DNA of 64,000 nucleotides from Mobula hypostoma (taxonomy: Eukaryota): positions 50,718,001 through 50,782,000 of the forward strand of contig NC_086097.1 in assembly GCF_963921235.1 (NCBI RefSeq). Direction: 5' to 3'. The first letter of the stretch is position 1, and each line of letters begins with the position of its first letter. The position numbers were made by a program, and so were the translations under genes. Shown here one piece after another: positions 1 through 12,578 of this stretch. The notes below the pieces were generated by a model. That model ran no database searches. It worked only from the letters and a program-made list of their open reading frames with translations, and had not been told where the DNA came from.

Positions 1-500
1 AGTTTTGGTCACCTACCTACAGGAAAGACGTAAATAAGGATATTGCCAGGACTTGAAGACCTGAGTTATAGAGAAAGGTTGAATAGGCTAGGATTTCATT
101 CACTTGACTACAGCGTTGAAGAATGAGGGGAGATTTAGTGGAGGGATACAAAATTATGAGGGGTATAGATAGGGGAAATGCAAGCATACTTTTTCCACTG
201 AGGTTGGGTGAGAGGTTTCCACTAGAGGTTATGAGTTAAGGTTGAAAGGTGAAATGTTAAGAGAACATGAGGGGAAACGTCTTCACTCAGAGGGTGTTGA
301 GAGTGTGGAACAAACTGCCAGCAGAAGTGGCAGATACGAGTTCAATTTCAACATTCAAGAAAAAATAGGGTAGGTACATGGATGGGAGAGGAATAGAGGG
401 CTATCATCCAGGTGCAAGTCATTGGGACTGAGTATATTATTTGTTTGGCATGGACTAAATGGGCCAAAGGGCCTATTTCTGAGCTGTCGTGTTTTATGAC
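1..500 (+). mobile_element. CR1-type LINE, 3' fragment
   Basis: Decayed ORF2 C-terminus (gaatgaggggagatttagtggagggatacaaaattatg, RMRGDL-like) and CR1 3' UTR (gggccaaagggcctatttctgagctgt); similar copy at 57510-57910. Confidence 0.8.
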
Positions 501-3500
501 AATGACTTGAGTTGGTCTCACAACTTGTGCTACACCCAGTCTAGCAGCTATGTTCCACAAAACTCAAACATTTTGCCATTGAAGTTGTTCACTAGAACTC
601 TTCCTGCACCTTTGTTGCAGCCAGTGCACTTCAATACAGAAGAGAAATAATCCATCAGGTAGCAATCAATCAATAAGCAACACACACAAAATGCTGGAGG
701 AACTCAGCAGGTCAGGAAATGAATAAACTGTTGGCTGAGATCCTCCTTCAGGACTGAGAGAGAAGGGGTGAGGTACCTGAATTAAAAGGTGAAGGGAGGG
801 GAAAGAGGCTAGCTAGAAGGTGATAGGTGAAGCCAGGTAGATGGGAAAAGGTCAAGGGCTGGAGAAGAAAGAATCTGATAAGAGGGGAGAGTAGGCAATA
901 GGAGAAAGGAAAAAGTTAGGAGACCCAGGGGGAAGTAATAGACACGTGAGATGATGTAAACGGTCAGAGTGGGGAATGGAGGGGTAGAGTGGGGAAATTT
1001 TTGTTCACCGGAAGGTGAAATCGATAGTCATGCCATCAGGAATAAATTTCTTTGCCCATATTCAACCATATGCCACATGACTTCATGGAGATTGACATCA
1101 ATATTAGGGTTTTCCTGGCCCACTCTCTCCCAAATAAATATCCCTGTGCCACCACTTTTGTTAGGTTACTTATGTCAATGAGACAGGGCATATCCAGGAA
1201 TTGTGCCAAAAAAATGAAAAGACAGAATTCTGTAAGACAACATGTCTAATTTTGGTACATATTAGAAAGGACAATTCCACACATGACAGTGTATCTTTCT
1301 TGTCTCCTAATCAAATACATGGTTGATGCCAAATTGTCACACGAATTCATGTTTATAATGCTTAGTTGTAGAGGTTTCACATGTCGAATGACTTACTAGT
1401 TCATTTCAAAAGGCTTGCAAGGAGTCAAATCACATTCCATTTTTTAGCCTCCTTGTGTGGTCGAAAAAGTGTAAATGACTATAATGAACCATTAGTAAAA
1501 TAAATCTCTTCCAGTTTAGGAGTCATAACCGTTCAACACATTACTATTTACATATAGATTCCAAACATTAATTCCTTGACAGAAATTATCACCAGCTCTG
1601 AAAAAACTAAGTGAATATTATGAGCCATTAAATCTCTTAATATAGTAGTCATGACCCTTCAACACATTACTATTTACATATAAATTCTATACAGATTAAT
1701 TCCTTGACAGAAAATATCAAACTATGAAACATTGCTATAATTATTCATATTGATGTCATCGCTATCAAATCAATTAAGAAATAGTATTATGCTATTGATC
1801 ACTGCCAAAATTTTTAACATCTGACACATCAAGTACTCAATTAGTAACAACCCTATAAAAGATCAGCTACCAAAAATAACAATGACTACTTGTTACTTAT
1901 GTCAAGGCATTTTTAAAGTTAATGCTTTTAAATTATGTCAGAGGGAAACACCTGTTGACAAAATACAGATAACATATTGATAAAGCAGTTTATTATTGTA
2001 AAATGCCCAAAAGTGCTGCAAAGGAATATTATCCACAAAATTTGACAACCAACCAGAAGGAAGCAGTGAGGCAGATTACCAAAACCTCTGAGAAATAGAC
2101 AATGTGCAAGAATCATCTTAAAAAAGGAAAGAAAAAAAATGAGGGACTTAGTAGGGAATTTCAGACTGGATGACAATATTTTAAAGTCATGGCATTGCCT
2201 AATCCAAGTAAATGAATAGGACTTGGTACCATACAGGCACAGGGAGCAGAGCTTTGAATGATTCACTTTTGCGGACAGTAGAACATGGAAGGTCAGCCAG
2301 ATATCCCTTTGAATAGCCATGAGAAGAGGTCACAGTGGAGTGGCTGAAATCTTCAGTAACAGGATCGCTAAGGCAGGAGTGGGTTAGGCATTGTTGCAAA
2401 GAACTGAAATTTTTTTTGTAGTAATACTGTAGATTAGATCAGAAGCACATCTTTGGATCAATTATGAATTAAAGTGAAAACCACCTCTTGCAAGGAAAAG
2501 GATAGGGTTAGTGGTTTGAGAACAGTGTTTTCCCAATGTACCATTTAGAGGAAATTCACGATTGCCCAGAATGTCAGTCAAGCAGGTTTAAAATTTGGAA
2601 ACATTTTAAGAGTTAAAACGAGAGTGGTGACATTGAGCAAACACACAAAAACAGATTCTTTTTCAGATTATCATGGCTGAGGGTCAGACAGCACATAGCT
2701 GGGAAATAGGAAGGCATGATTGCTTGAGACTACCAGAGAAAATAGAGCAAGAAGTCATTGCAATGGATCTTCTAATTACAAATGGAAAATCTGAACAAGA
2801 CAAATAAACCCCCTCAGAGGGGGAAGAGAGGAGGAAATTGTGATCAATCTTTTCAGCAATTTGGCACATTAGTAATCTAACTGAGATCTCCAATCTTTTT
2901 ACTTAAAGACTTCACAGAAACTGCAATATATGCTGGAAAAGCATTTCAGTAATTCAGCAGTATTGTATTCTTTAAAATGCAAATTATAAAGTGTTTTTCA
3001 AAAAGTGTTGATTTTTTTTAAGTTTTAACATCTCACACAGATATGATTCTCCACTTTTCACTGGCTAACACAATAACATCTTTGATAAAATAACAATAAT
3101 TCTTACCCTCATTGTTAAAGAATTAATGCACATCATTACCCCAATTAATGCATATTACCCCAATGATAACAACACAAAGTCTTTATAAGATCACAAGACA
3201 TAGGAACAGATTTAAGCCATCTGACCCATTGTCTGCCCCTCACCTCAGGGTAGTCTGCATGTTCTCCCTGTACCCACATCTGTTTGCCCTCAGTACCCTC
3301 ACTTCCTCCCACATCCCAGAGGTGGGTGGATTGGTTTCCCCTAAATTACCCCATTAGATAGGTAAATGTCAAATAATGAAAGGAGAGTAAATAGGCACAA
3401 GAGTGAGAAAGAGCAAGTTGCAGTCATACAGCAATCTCACCTTTGACCCAACCTGTTCATGTTGACAACAGTGCCCACTCAGCTAGTCCCAATTTCCTGC

Positions 3501-4305
3501 TTTTGACCCATATTCCTAAATCCTGCCCCTCCATGTACTTGTCCAAGTGCTTCTTAAATGAAACTGTTGTACCTGCCTCAAACACTTCCTCTGGCCGCTG
3601 GTTCCATATACTCATCACCCTCTGCATAAAAATGTTACCCCTCAGGTCTCTTAAATCTTTCCCCTTTGATGCTAATTCTATGCCCAGTGTTTTTGGACTT
3701 TCCTACTGGGGAAAATACTATTTTACAGTTCACTTATGCATGCCTATGACATCTATTTACAAAATATATGCATGGGCACCAATAAATTAAACCAAAATCT
3801 ATAGCAGTGATTAACAGAATTTACTTGTTATAATGCTTATTAAATTGCTTCAGATTTATAGTTTTAACTATAAATACCGGGTTTCCTTACACCACAAGTC
3901 AAATCCAACAACTTGGCAAATATAGTTTACTTCTAATTTATTGAGCAATTCAATTTTTTGACTGAATTTTCTCATCAATATAGATAGACTATAACCACAA
4001 AATAGTTTTACATTTTCAAGAAAAGTATACAAAGAAACAAATAAGCAATAAAGATAAAGAACTATGCAAACCTGATTTGTGTAGTCAAAAATCTGTGCAC
4101 ATAATTCAATTTCATATTGAAATATTTCGCGGGTACCTGCTGGAAATTTAGATTACGTGATACACTTAAGACCAGTGACAAGAATGAACATGCAATGTAC
4201 AAGTTGCACTTCCAACCCACAGTTTGCCACCATTATCTTGTGTTCCTTTTTAAAATATCGACACTGCATATTAAAGATGTAAAGTCGTACACTGGATATA
4301 ATTAC

Positions 4306-4383
4306 CTTGCCTAACGCTGGGACAAACAGACCCCGCCATTTCGGACTGTTCTCCTCACTGAAGAAATCATAAGGCTGCTGCAT
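4306..4383 (-). CDS. SOS2: Son of sevenless homolog (Ras GEF), first coding exon, [26 protein letters not shown]
   Basis: Peptide closely matches the SOS1/SOS2 N-terminus (PYEFFSEENxPKWRGLL). Kozak-like GCCATG at 4383, donor AAG|gtaatt at 4306/4305 in phase 0, CpG-rich context. SOS2 is preferred over SOS1 because of the EENSPKW motif and adjacency to the L2HGDH 3' end, as in human. Confidence 0.92.
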
Positions 4384-5110
4384 GGCTTTTGGACATAACA
4401 CTCAGCATCGGCCTCAGTTCCAAACGACGGCGACCACACTTGAATCTCAAAACAAAAACAGAAACACTTCCCTTCGGTTTGTTTTTTTTTACACGAAATA
4501 ATCATTCATATCGAGTCCTCGTAGCTCATGCATGATTTAGCATGGTAGTCGCAGACGGGAAAGACAGCAGGAAAATGAGAGTTGATTGATCGGTCGGCCG
4601 TGCCGACAATTCACAGACATCCCTGGGTAATTCCCCACAGGCCACGGCTCTAACTTCACCCCGCTCCTCTGCTCAGCGAATTAGTCTCCTCCCAGTTGAC
4701 TCCAAGTCTTGGTTGGACAAACAATAGCATTAATGTGAACTACGCACATATCATGATCATCCATTGAAGTGCTCACGGAGGTCTCCGTGCTGCTGAGAAG
4801 ACTTTTCTGCTGGGGCTGGAAGACTCCTACGGCTGCAGCCAGTGGAGATCCCAGGGCCTGGTCCTGTCCACGCACCGCTTCATGCTCTCTCGCAAGCTCC
4901 CGACTCCATTGAAACCCAAATAAAATCACGACCCGTCGCTCGCGCCCCCGGGGTATTCTATTTACTGCAGAGGGCCCTGCGCGCACGCGCGTTCCGGGCG
5001 GCCCCTTCTTACGCACCCCAGCCAAATGCGGAAAGAGCTGAGGATCCAAGCACAGAGGACATAAGAAGCGGATTGTGGAATCGGGCTCCCGCCTCGCTTG
5101 ACTCAATCAC
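4310..5110 (-). promoter_or_regulatory. CpG-island-like promoter / 5' UTR of SOS2
   Basis: The only non-repeat stretch with dense CpG, strongest at 4930-5100 (cgtcgctcgcgcccccggg, tgcgcgcacgcgcgttccgggcgg, ctcccgcctcgc). It lies directly upstream of the SOS ATG. The TSS cannot be located. Confidence 0.75.
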
Positions 5111-6075
5111 TGCTGCATTTATTTTATTGCTCTGAAGTTTTAAGCGGTATTGCAATGCCAATATTGCATTTCCAACGAATATTTAAAGCAACAATCCCTT
5201 ACAGTATATTTGCTAGTGTTTTCAGCCAAAAATGCCGAGTGGTTAATCCACTCAATTACTTTCTCAGATCCAGCCGTCACAGAATATTACAGGCAATTCG
5301 AAGTGCTGGGTGATAAAAGAACAAGCGAAGGCAAAGGGGAGCACTAACATCTTGGCTTTGATTCTTAAAGGCTTACATTGTATAACTAGGCGTGTCAAAA
5401 ACAAGCTGTTCCAGTGCAGTTACAACGATGACATCTACCTGACAATATGGAAAATTGCTAGCTTTACTCTGCCCATAATACAAATTCCAATATAATACAC
5501 AAGCCCAGAGGCTCCATTCATTTTCCTTGCTCCAGTGCATTCTCCCACATTCTCTGAAAGGCTCTGACATTTTTGTTCTGGTCATGAGATTTTCCACATC
5601 AGTGCTTCCTTTTCCCTTAACCGTGGATTCCCTTTTAACTATAGTCACATTGCTCCCAATAGCATATCTCCTTTTCCCACATTTCTGTTTTCACTCTCTG
5701 CTTCCACCAGAACAAGGCTAGGGATCCTGCCTTCCTCACCTTCCCGAAATAAACATTCATGGAACCATTTTCTGTTACTTCCACAACCTTCGAAAGATGC
5801 CAACCCCTGGGTGCATTTTCCTTACCTCTTTCCTTTCAGCAGTTCCCTCTGAGACCCCCTTTTTCATTCTTCTATCTTCACTATCCACTCTCCTTTTCAA
5901 AGCAGTTTCATAATCAACTACAGGACATGCCTTGTCACTATCCAAGAACTCAAACAATCTTTCCAAGTGATGCAATGAGTAACCTACATTGTCTCCAATG
6001 TACTCACAATGTGATCTTCTCTACAGAAAGCAAACACAGATTAGGCGAACAAGGCTTGGAAAAACACCTCAGTTC

Positions 6076-7355
6076 AATTGTATTACATAGGTCAAAGTCA
6101 GCATGGTTTTCTTAAGGGAGAATCTTGTGTGACAAATCGGTTGGAATTCATTGAGGAAATAACAGACAGAGTAGACATTGGTGGATGTTGTGTATTTGGA
6201 TTTTCAGAAGGCCTTTGACAAGGTGCCACATGTGAGACTGCTAAACAAGGTAAGAACGCATTCTATTACGGGAAAGATACTAGCATGAGGGAAGCTTGAC
6301 CCACTGACAGAAAGGAGGTGGTTGGAATAAAGGGGGCCTGTTCTGGTTGGCTGCCAGGGACAAGTGGTGTTCTGCAGGGGTCGGTGCTGGAACTGCTTCT
6401 TTTCACATTATATTGTATGTCAATGACTTGGATGGCAGAATTTACGGCTTTGTGGCCAAGTCTGAGGACGTTACAAAGATAGGTGGAGAGGCCAGTAGTG
6501 TTAAGGAAGCAGTCAGTCTGCCGAAGGACTTGGACAGATTGGAAGAATGGGCAAATGAAATATAGTGTAGGAAAGTTTATGGTCATGCACTTTGGTAGAT
6601 GGAATAAAAGTGTAGACTGTTTCCTAAATGGGGAGAAAATTAAAAAATCAGAGGTGCAAAGAGACTTGGGAGTCCTTGTGCAGGATTCCCTAAAGGTTAA
6701 CTTGTAGGTTGAGTCAATGACAAGGAAGACAAATGCATTCATTTTAAGAAGACTGGAATATAAGAGCAAAGATGTGATGCTGAGGCTTTATAAGGCATTG
6801 ATCAGACTGCACGGAGTATTAGAAAAGTTTTGGGCCCCTTATCTAAGAAAAGATGTGCTGGCATTGGAGAGAGTCCAGCTGAGGTTCATGAGAATTATTC
6901 TGGGAATGAAAGGGTTAATGTATGAGGAGCATTTGATGGTTCTGGACCTGTACTCGGTGCAGTTTAGAAGAATGATGGGGGATCTCATTGAAACCTACCA
7001 AATATTGAAAGGCCGAGACAGAGTGGATTTGGAGAGGATGTTTCCGATAATAAATGAGTCTAGGACTAGAGGGCACAGCATCAGAATAGAGGGGTGTCCA
7101 TTTAGAAACAGAGATGAGAAGGAATTTCTTTAGCCAGATAGTGTTGAAACTGTGAAATTCACTGCTATGGATGCCAAGTCATTGAGTGTATTTAAAGCAG
7201 GGATTGATAGTTGTTTGGTTAGTCGGGGCGTCAAAAGTTATCGGAAGAAGGCAGGAGAATGGGGTTGTGAGGCTATTATGTTCAGCCATGATGGAATGGC
7301 AGAGCAGACTTGATGGGCTGAATGGCCTAATTCTGCTCCTACGTTTTAGGGTCTT
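6076..7355 (+). mobile_element. CR1 LINE, 5'-truncated, frameshifted RT
   Basis: Motifs HGFLKGxSC, DVVYLDFQKAFDKVPH, LYVNDLD, LYKALIR, RRMMGDLIETYQ; CR1 3' UTR. Confidence 0.9.
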
Positions 7356-7364
7356 GTTATACCA

Positions 7365-8235
7365 TAGGAATTAGTGCAGGAACTTCCACTATTTACAACT
7401 AATATTAATTTTTTGGAGGAAGGGATCAAATCGTCTCCAGCTAAATTTGCTGATACAATAATAAGTAACCTAACTGGTTATCCAGAGAACCCAAAGAACT
7501 TGAAAAAGAATTTTAAAAAATGTTTAAGTGAAGATGGCAAATGCAGTGTAATGTGATAAAATGTGAAATTATCCAATTAAGAGGGAACAACAAAAACTAT
7601 ATTATTTAATTAGAATGAGGCTAAACACTGTCATGTTAAAGATATAGAGATCCTAGTATAGGAAATACAAAAGTAGCATTAAAGTACAGTAGCAATTAGA
7701 AAGGCTAATCCAATGTTGGTGTTTATTGAAGGAGGTATAGACTGTAAAACTAGAGAAGTTTTGAGATCACACATGAAATACTGCATATGCTTTGCTCTCC
7801 ATATGTTAAGAAGGATATAGTTGTTCGGAGATATTGTGGTATAGGTTCAGATGTTAACTCTTGGAATGAACTGGTTGCTGTATCAAGTTTGAGCAAGTTG
7901 GCCATCACTGAAAACCTATGAAATCCTGAGAGCTATTCACAGGGTGGATATTGAGAAGTTAGAACTAGTAACTATAACTTCAGAAAAGGTGTTGCCCATT
8001 TTGGAAGCACGGGAGAAGGAATTTTTTCTCTCCAAGAGTCATAAGTCTTATGGAATTTTTAAACCCAAAGAGCAATGGGGCATATTCACAGCAAAGACTG
8101 ACCCACATTTAAACCGCAGGGAAGTCAAGGAATATGTGGATAGTGTGGGCCAAGATTGGATTGCCAATGAACTCATGGAATGGCCAAGCAAGCATGATGT
8201 CCACAAGACCTATTCTACTCTTGCTTCTTATGGCA
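7365..8235 (+). mobile_element. Older, highly diverged CR1 fragment
   Basis: AKFADT motif, KCEIIQL-like remnant and decayed 3' UTR. Confidence 0.65.
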
Positions 8236-8759
8236 CGCTCCCTCTTCTGCACATACGGATTCTCCTTTATTTACATGTTTTCTGGACAGTGCAGTTATAA
8301 CTAACAAGCATTTAATTCCATCTCTTAAAAAGGCACTGATTGCATTTGCGTTACTAGAAACCTCTTGGTCTCCACCCTATCACAGGCTTTCAGTTTGTTG
8401 TCTCCACCCCATCCATTAATTGCAAGACAAAACTTGATTATTTTCCAACATTTCCAGGATTCATCAATCTGAATCATTAACCCCGTCTTTTATCTCAACA
8501 GCTGCTGCTTGACCTGGTGACCATGCCCAGTTTTTCATACTGATATGTCAAATTTTCAACATTTGCTTTAGTTTTAGTTTTTTTGAAGACCAATCCAATT
8601 TTCTTTTTATCAACCAATTAGTCTACTTTCAATAATCAGTAAAGGCAGACAATGAGAGTGATGATCTCAGCAATACTGATACTCAGTTTGGATTCTGCCT
8701 CTAATACTAGGAACCAGTCCTCATCATAACAAACATGAATTGAGGAGCTGAACTGCAGG

Positions 8760-10690
8760 ACTGAAGTTTAAGTTATTTGTACATATTCACAGGATATAAT
8801 TGCCGTGAAAATTAGCATTTTTGCGGCAGCAATGACAACATAATACATTACCAACATAATTTAACCTAAACTTAATTTAACATGAATTATACATAACTTA
8901 CTTGTCACAAACTGAACAAAAAGATAATGACACTAGTGTAGTATTAACAGAGAGAAATATTATATATAATTCAAGGTAGTGTTAGGATTTTTCAGATTAA
9001 TTCAAGAACCAGATTGCAGTGGTTAAGCACCTGTTCTTGAACCTGTAGGTTTAGGTCTTCTCGTTCCTTTACCTCCTGCGTGATGGCAGGATTGAGAAGA
9101 GGGCTTGGTTCAGTTGGTGGAGCAGAGATCACTGATGATGGATGTTGCCTTCCTGAGATGTCCTTAATGGTAAGAGGAGCTGTACCATCATGGATCAGGC
9201 TGTGAACCACACTCTATATTCTCACATATTCCTGTGCATTGGATTTTCCATTCCAGGCTATAATCCAAGCAGTTAAAATACATTTCTTTGTACATCTGTA
9301 GAATTTTGTCAGAGTTTTCAATGGCATGCCAAAGCTCCTTAAACCTCCAAGAAAACTGTATCCTTGACATCAAATAGATATAGTATATGAAAGTATATAA
9401 AGTATATGCTAATTTCATGACATATACCAGTGATATTAAACCTGACTCTGAGTATTCCAGTTGAGGTCTCAAAACTTCCCTAACTTTATACTTCATACTG
9501 TACCTTCTGCAAAAAAGAGTTTATCAGCCATGACTGGACGTATTCTATAGCAAATGGGAAGTATATGGGGATGCAGATTTGGAGGAAAAGTGCAAAGATG
9601 TGCAAACGGCTTTGAGTATTGATAATTGAGTACTTTATCCAGGAATAGACTGAGAACAAGTAACACAAGGGGCAAAGATGAGGAGGAGCCTCTGCTACCT
9701 TCAAAAAGTTCTGACGTGGTAGGAAGATGACAATTCTAATCTCAATTATTTGAAGTATGTAATTTCAGGTAGGGAAATTATTATTGAGGAAATGTCAGAA
9801 TCAGAATCTGCTTTATTATCACTGACCTATATTGTGAAATTTGTTGTTTTGCAGCAGTACAGTGCAAGGCATAAAAATGATTATTAAGTTATAAAAATAT
9901 GCAAAAGATGAACAATGAGGTAATGTTCATGGGTTCCGGGACTGTTCAGATATCTGATGGTGGAGGGAAGAGGTTGTTCCCAAAGCACTGAGTGTGGATC
10001 TTCAGGTTCCTGTACTCCACCCCAAAGGGAGTAACGAGAGAGGGCCTGTCCCGGATGGTGAGGCTCTTCAATTATGGATGCATTTTCTTAAGCATCGTCT
10101 CTTGAAGATGCTCTCAATGATGAGGAGCGTTGTGCCTGTGATGAAGCTTAACTGAGTCTATAATGCTCTGCAGACTCTTGTGATCCTATGTATTAGAGCC
10201 TCTATGCCAACCTATGATGTAACCTGCCAGAATGCTCTCCACAGTAGAAATTTGCTGAAGTGTTTAGTGACATAACAGTCTCCTCAAATTCCTATTGAAG
10301 TAGTCATTAGCATTCCTTCTTTGTGATCAGATCAATGTGTTGGGCACAAGATAGATCCTCTCAGTTGTTGTCACCAAGGAACTTGAAACTGCTCACCCTT
10401 TCCACCTCAATAAGGACTGCAGTGTGTTCTCCTGACTTTCCCTTCCTGAAGTCCATAATCTAATCCTTGATCTTTCTGGCTGTGAGTAAGAGATTATTGT
10501 TGCAACTACACTCAAGCAGCAGTCTATCCTAATCCAGTGTGCCTCCTCTTCACCACCTGAGGTTCTGCCAACAACAGGCAAGTCATTGCCAAATTTATAG
10601 ATGTCATTTGACCTGTGCCTAGACACATATTCATGAACATAGAAAGAGGGCAGTGGGCTAAGAATGCATCCTATGTTGATTGTCAGCAAT
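8760..10690 (-). mobile_element. Two decayed Rex/Babar-type LINE 3' fragments (about 8760-9340 and 9790-10690)
   Basis: Minus-strand GCILSPL...IYKFGND.PVVGRTSGGEEEA motif; short-repeat tail (tcagaatcagaatc at about 9795); similar to other copies in the window. Confidence 0.7.
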
Positions 10691-12442
10691 GAGGAGAGAG
10701 AGAGAGAGGGAGAGAGGGGAGGCGGGGAGAGAGAGAGAGAAGAGTTACAAATACAAAACAATTATAGTAAGGTCATAATACTTAGAATAGTAACATGAAA
10801 TGACAGAACACTCTAAGGTAAAAATGGTTAATTGGATAAAGGACGATTTCAATGAGATGAGAACAGATCTGACCCAAGTAAATAAAAATCAAAAGTGGAT
10901 GGCAAAAAGATATAATTGTCCAATGGAAGGTTCCAGGAAATCACAGCATCAGTTCCACGAGGGACTCTGTTAGGCTCCCCTGCTAATGGCCTTCCTTCTG
11001 TCATAAAGTCAGAGGTTGGATGTTCACAGATGATTCAGTTCTGTTTGCAGCCATTTAACAAATGGAGCACTCCATGCCCACATACAACATATATGGGCTG
11101 ACAATGGTAAGTACATTCACACCACACAAATACCAGGCAATAATCATCTTTGACATGAGAGAATCTAACTACCTCCCATGACGTTCAATGCCATTGTTAA
11201 CACTGAATCTTCTATCATTGAAATCCTGGGAATCATCATTGAAGTCTATTGTTATAGATGCACTGACTGGAGGCACTGTAATCCAAAAGAAAAATAATGC
11301 AGATGCTGAAAGTCTGAAATAATAACAGAAAATGTCATAAATGGTCGTCCGGCCAGGCAGCAAGTGTGGAGAGAGAAACAGAGTCAACTGCTCAGATTGT
11401 ATTAGAGGTCATTGATTTATATTAGCCTAGGCAAGCAGCTGCAGTCCTTCTGTAGATGGTGCACTCTGCAGCCAGAGTACTTGCTGACAGACAGGGTGAA
11501 TGTGTAGCGTGCTGGATAAAATACCAGTCATGTGGATTGTTTTCTCCTCCTTATTGCCAAACTTTCTGAGTGTTATTGGAGTAGCACTCATCCAATACAT
11601 GCTCCTGACTTGTGCCTTATGGATGGTGCAAAGCCTTTTTGGAGGCAGGGACTGTGTCATACACCAGAAGAATTCCTCCCACCGAAATGATAATAGGTAT
11701 TGATGGAAATACTCAGCAAGTTAAACAGAATCTGTGGGGAGAGAAAGAGTTAACTCTTCACATTGATGAATATTAGACAAAGTTAGTTTTTGCGTATCAG
11801 AGAAATAGCATGTTTTGTGGTTTCTATATATAACTTTAAGATTGATTAGTGGGGACTCATTCTTTCTAAAACGGATTAGTTTTTATGGGCTCTAGTTAGA
11901 TGGTATCTTTAATGGTAGTTATTATCATTTAGTCACTAACATCTCATTGTGAAGACTTCTGCTTAGTGTAACAGTTTGGGGCCCAAAAAAGGTAAGCTTG
12001 CCAAGAAAGTGCAGCAACATTTTAATTTGCCAATAGTGGCTGCAGCTTCAGAGAAAAACAGGCAGAAGCAATATGCTCATGAATGTAGAACTACCACTTT
12101 ATATAAGAGTGTTACTCAAACAAAATACAACCATCTATGAAAAATATCAATTTTTATTGAGTTGATACCTTATATTTGTGAGTTTACAATTTACATCAAG
12201 GGCTGAATAATAAGAAATGGGACAACTTTTAAAAATCTATTCACATATCTGGAATATTGAATATAATTGGAGCTTACTAATAAGCCTTTAATTACTTTTT
12301 AAATTTCTTCAGAGATAAAAACTGCATTCACATAATTTATAAATGAAACAAGAAAAGTGAATTTTAAGCTGTTGGATCTTCTTGTGAGAGCATGGACTGA
12401 ATTTCATCTCATTCACCAAAAGGAAGGATGTTTGCTTCTTGA

Positions 12443-12578
12443 GCAACAAACACACAAAATGCCGGAGGAACTCAGCAGGTCAGATGACATCTATGGAAAT
12501 GAATAAACAGTCGACATTTCAGGCTGAGACCCTTCTACAGGACTCAAGAAGAAGGGTCTTGGCCCGAAACCCGAACTG
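12443..12578. repeat. Short fold-back Penelope pLTR-derived element, left part (resumes at about 16240-16330)
   Basis: Minus-strand pLTR end (cacacaaaatgccggaggaactcagcagg...cagtcgacatttcaggctgagacccttc) is followed by the plus-strand mirror (gaagggtcttggcccgaaac). The mirror continues after the CR1 as ttattcatttccat...ctgacctgctgagtctctccagcgttttgtgtgtgttgc. Confidence 0.7.

Noticed and set aside
4384..4401. N-terminal extension MLCPKA of the SOS ORF
   Set aside because: The ORF track starts it at a GTG; the homologous start with Kozak context is the ATG at 4383.
4681..5135. Overlapping 141-aa and 97-aa ORFs in the CpG-rich region
   Set aside because: No recognisable homology; long ORFs arise by chance in GC-rich promoters.
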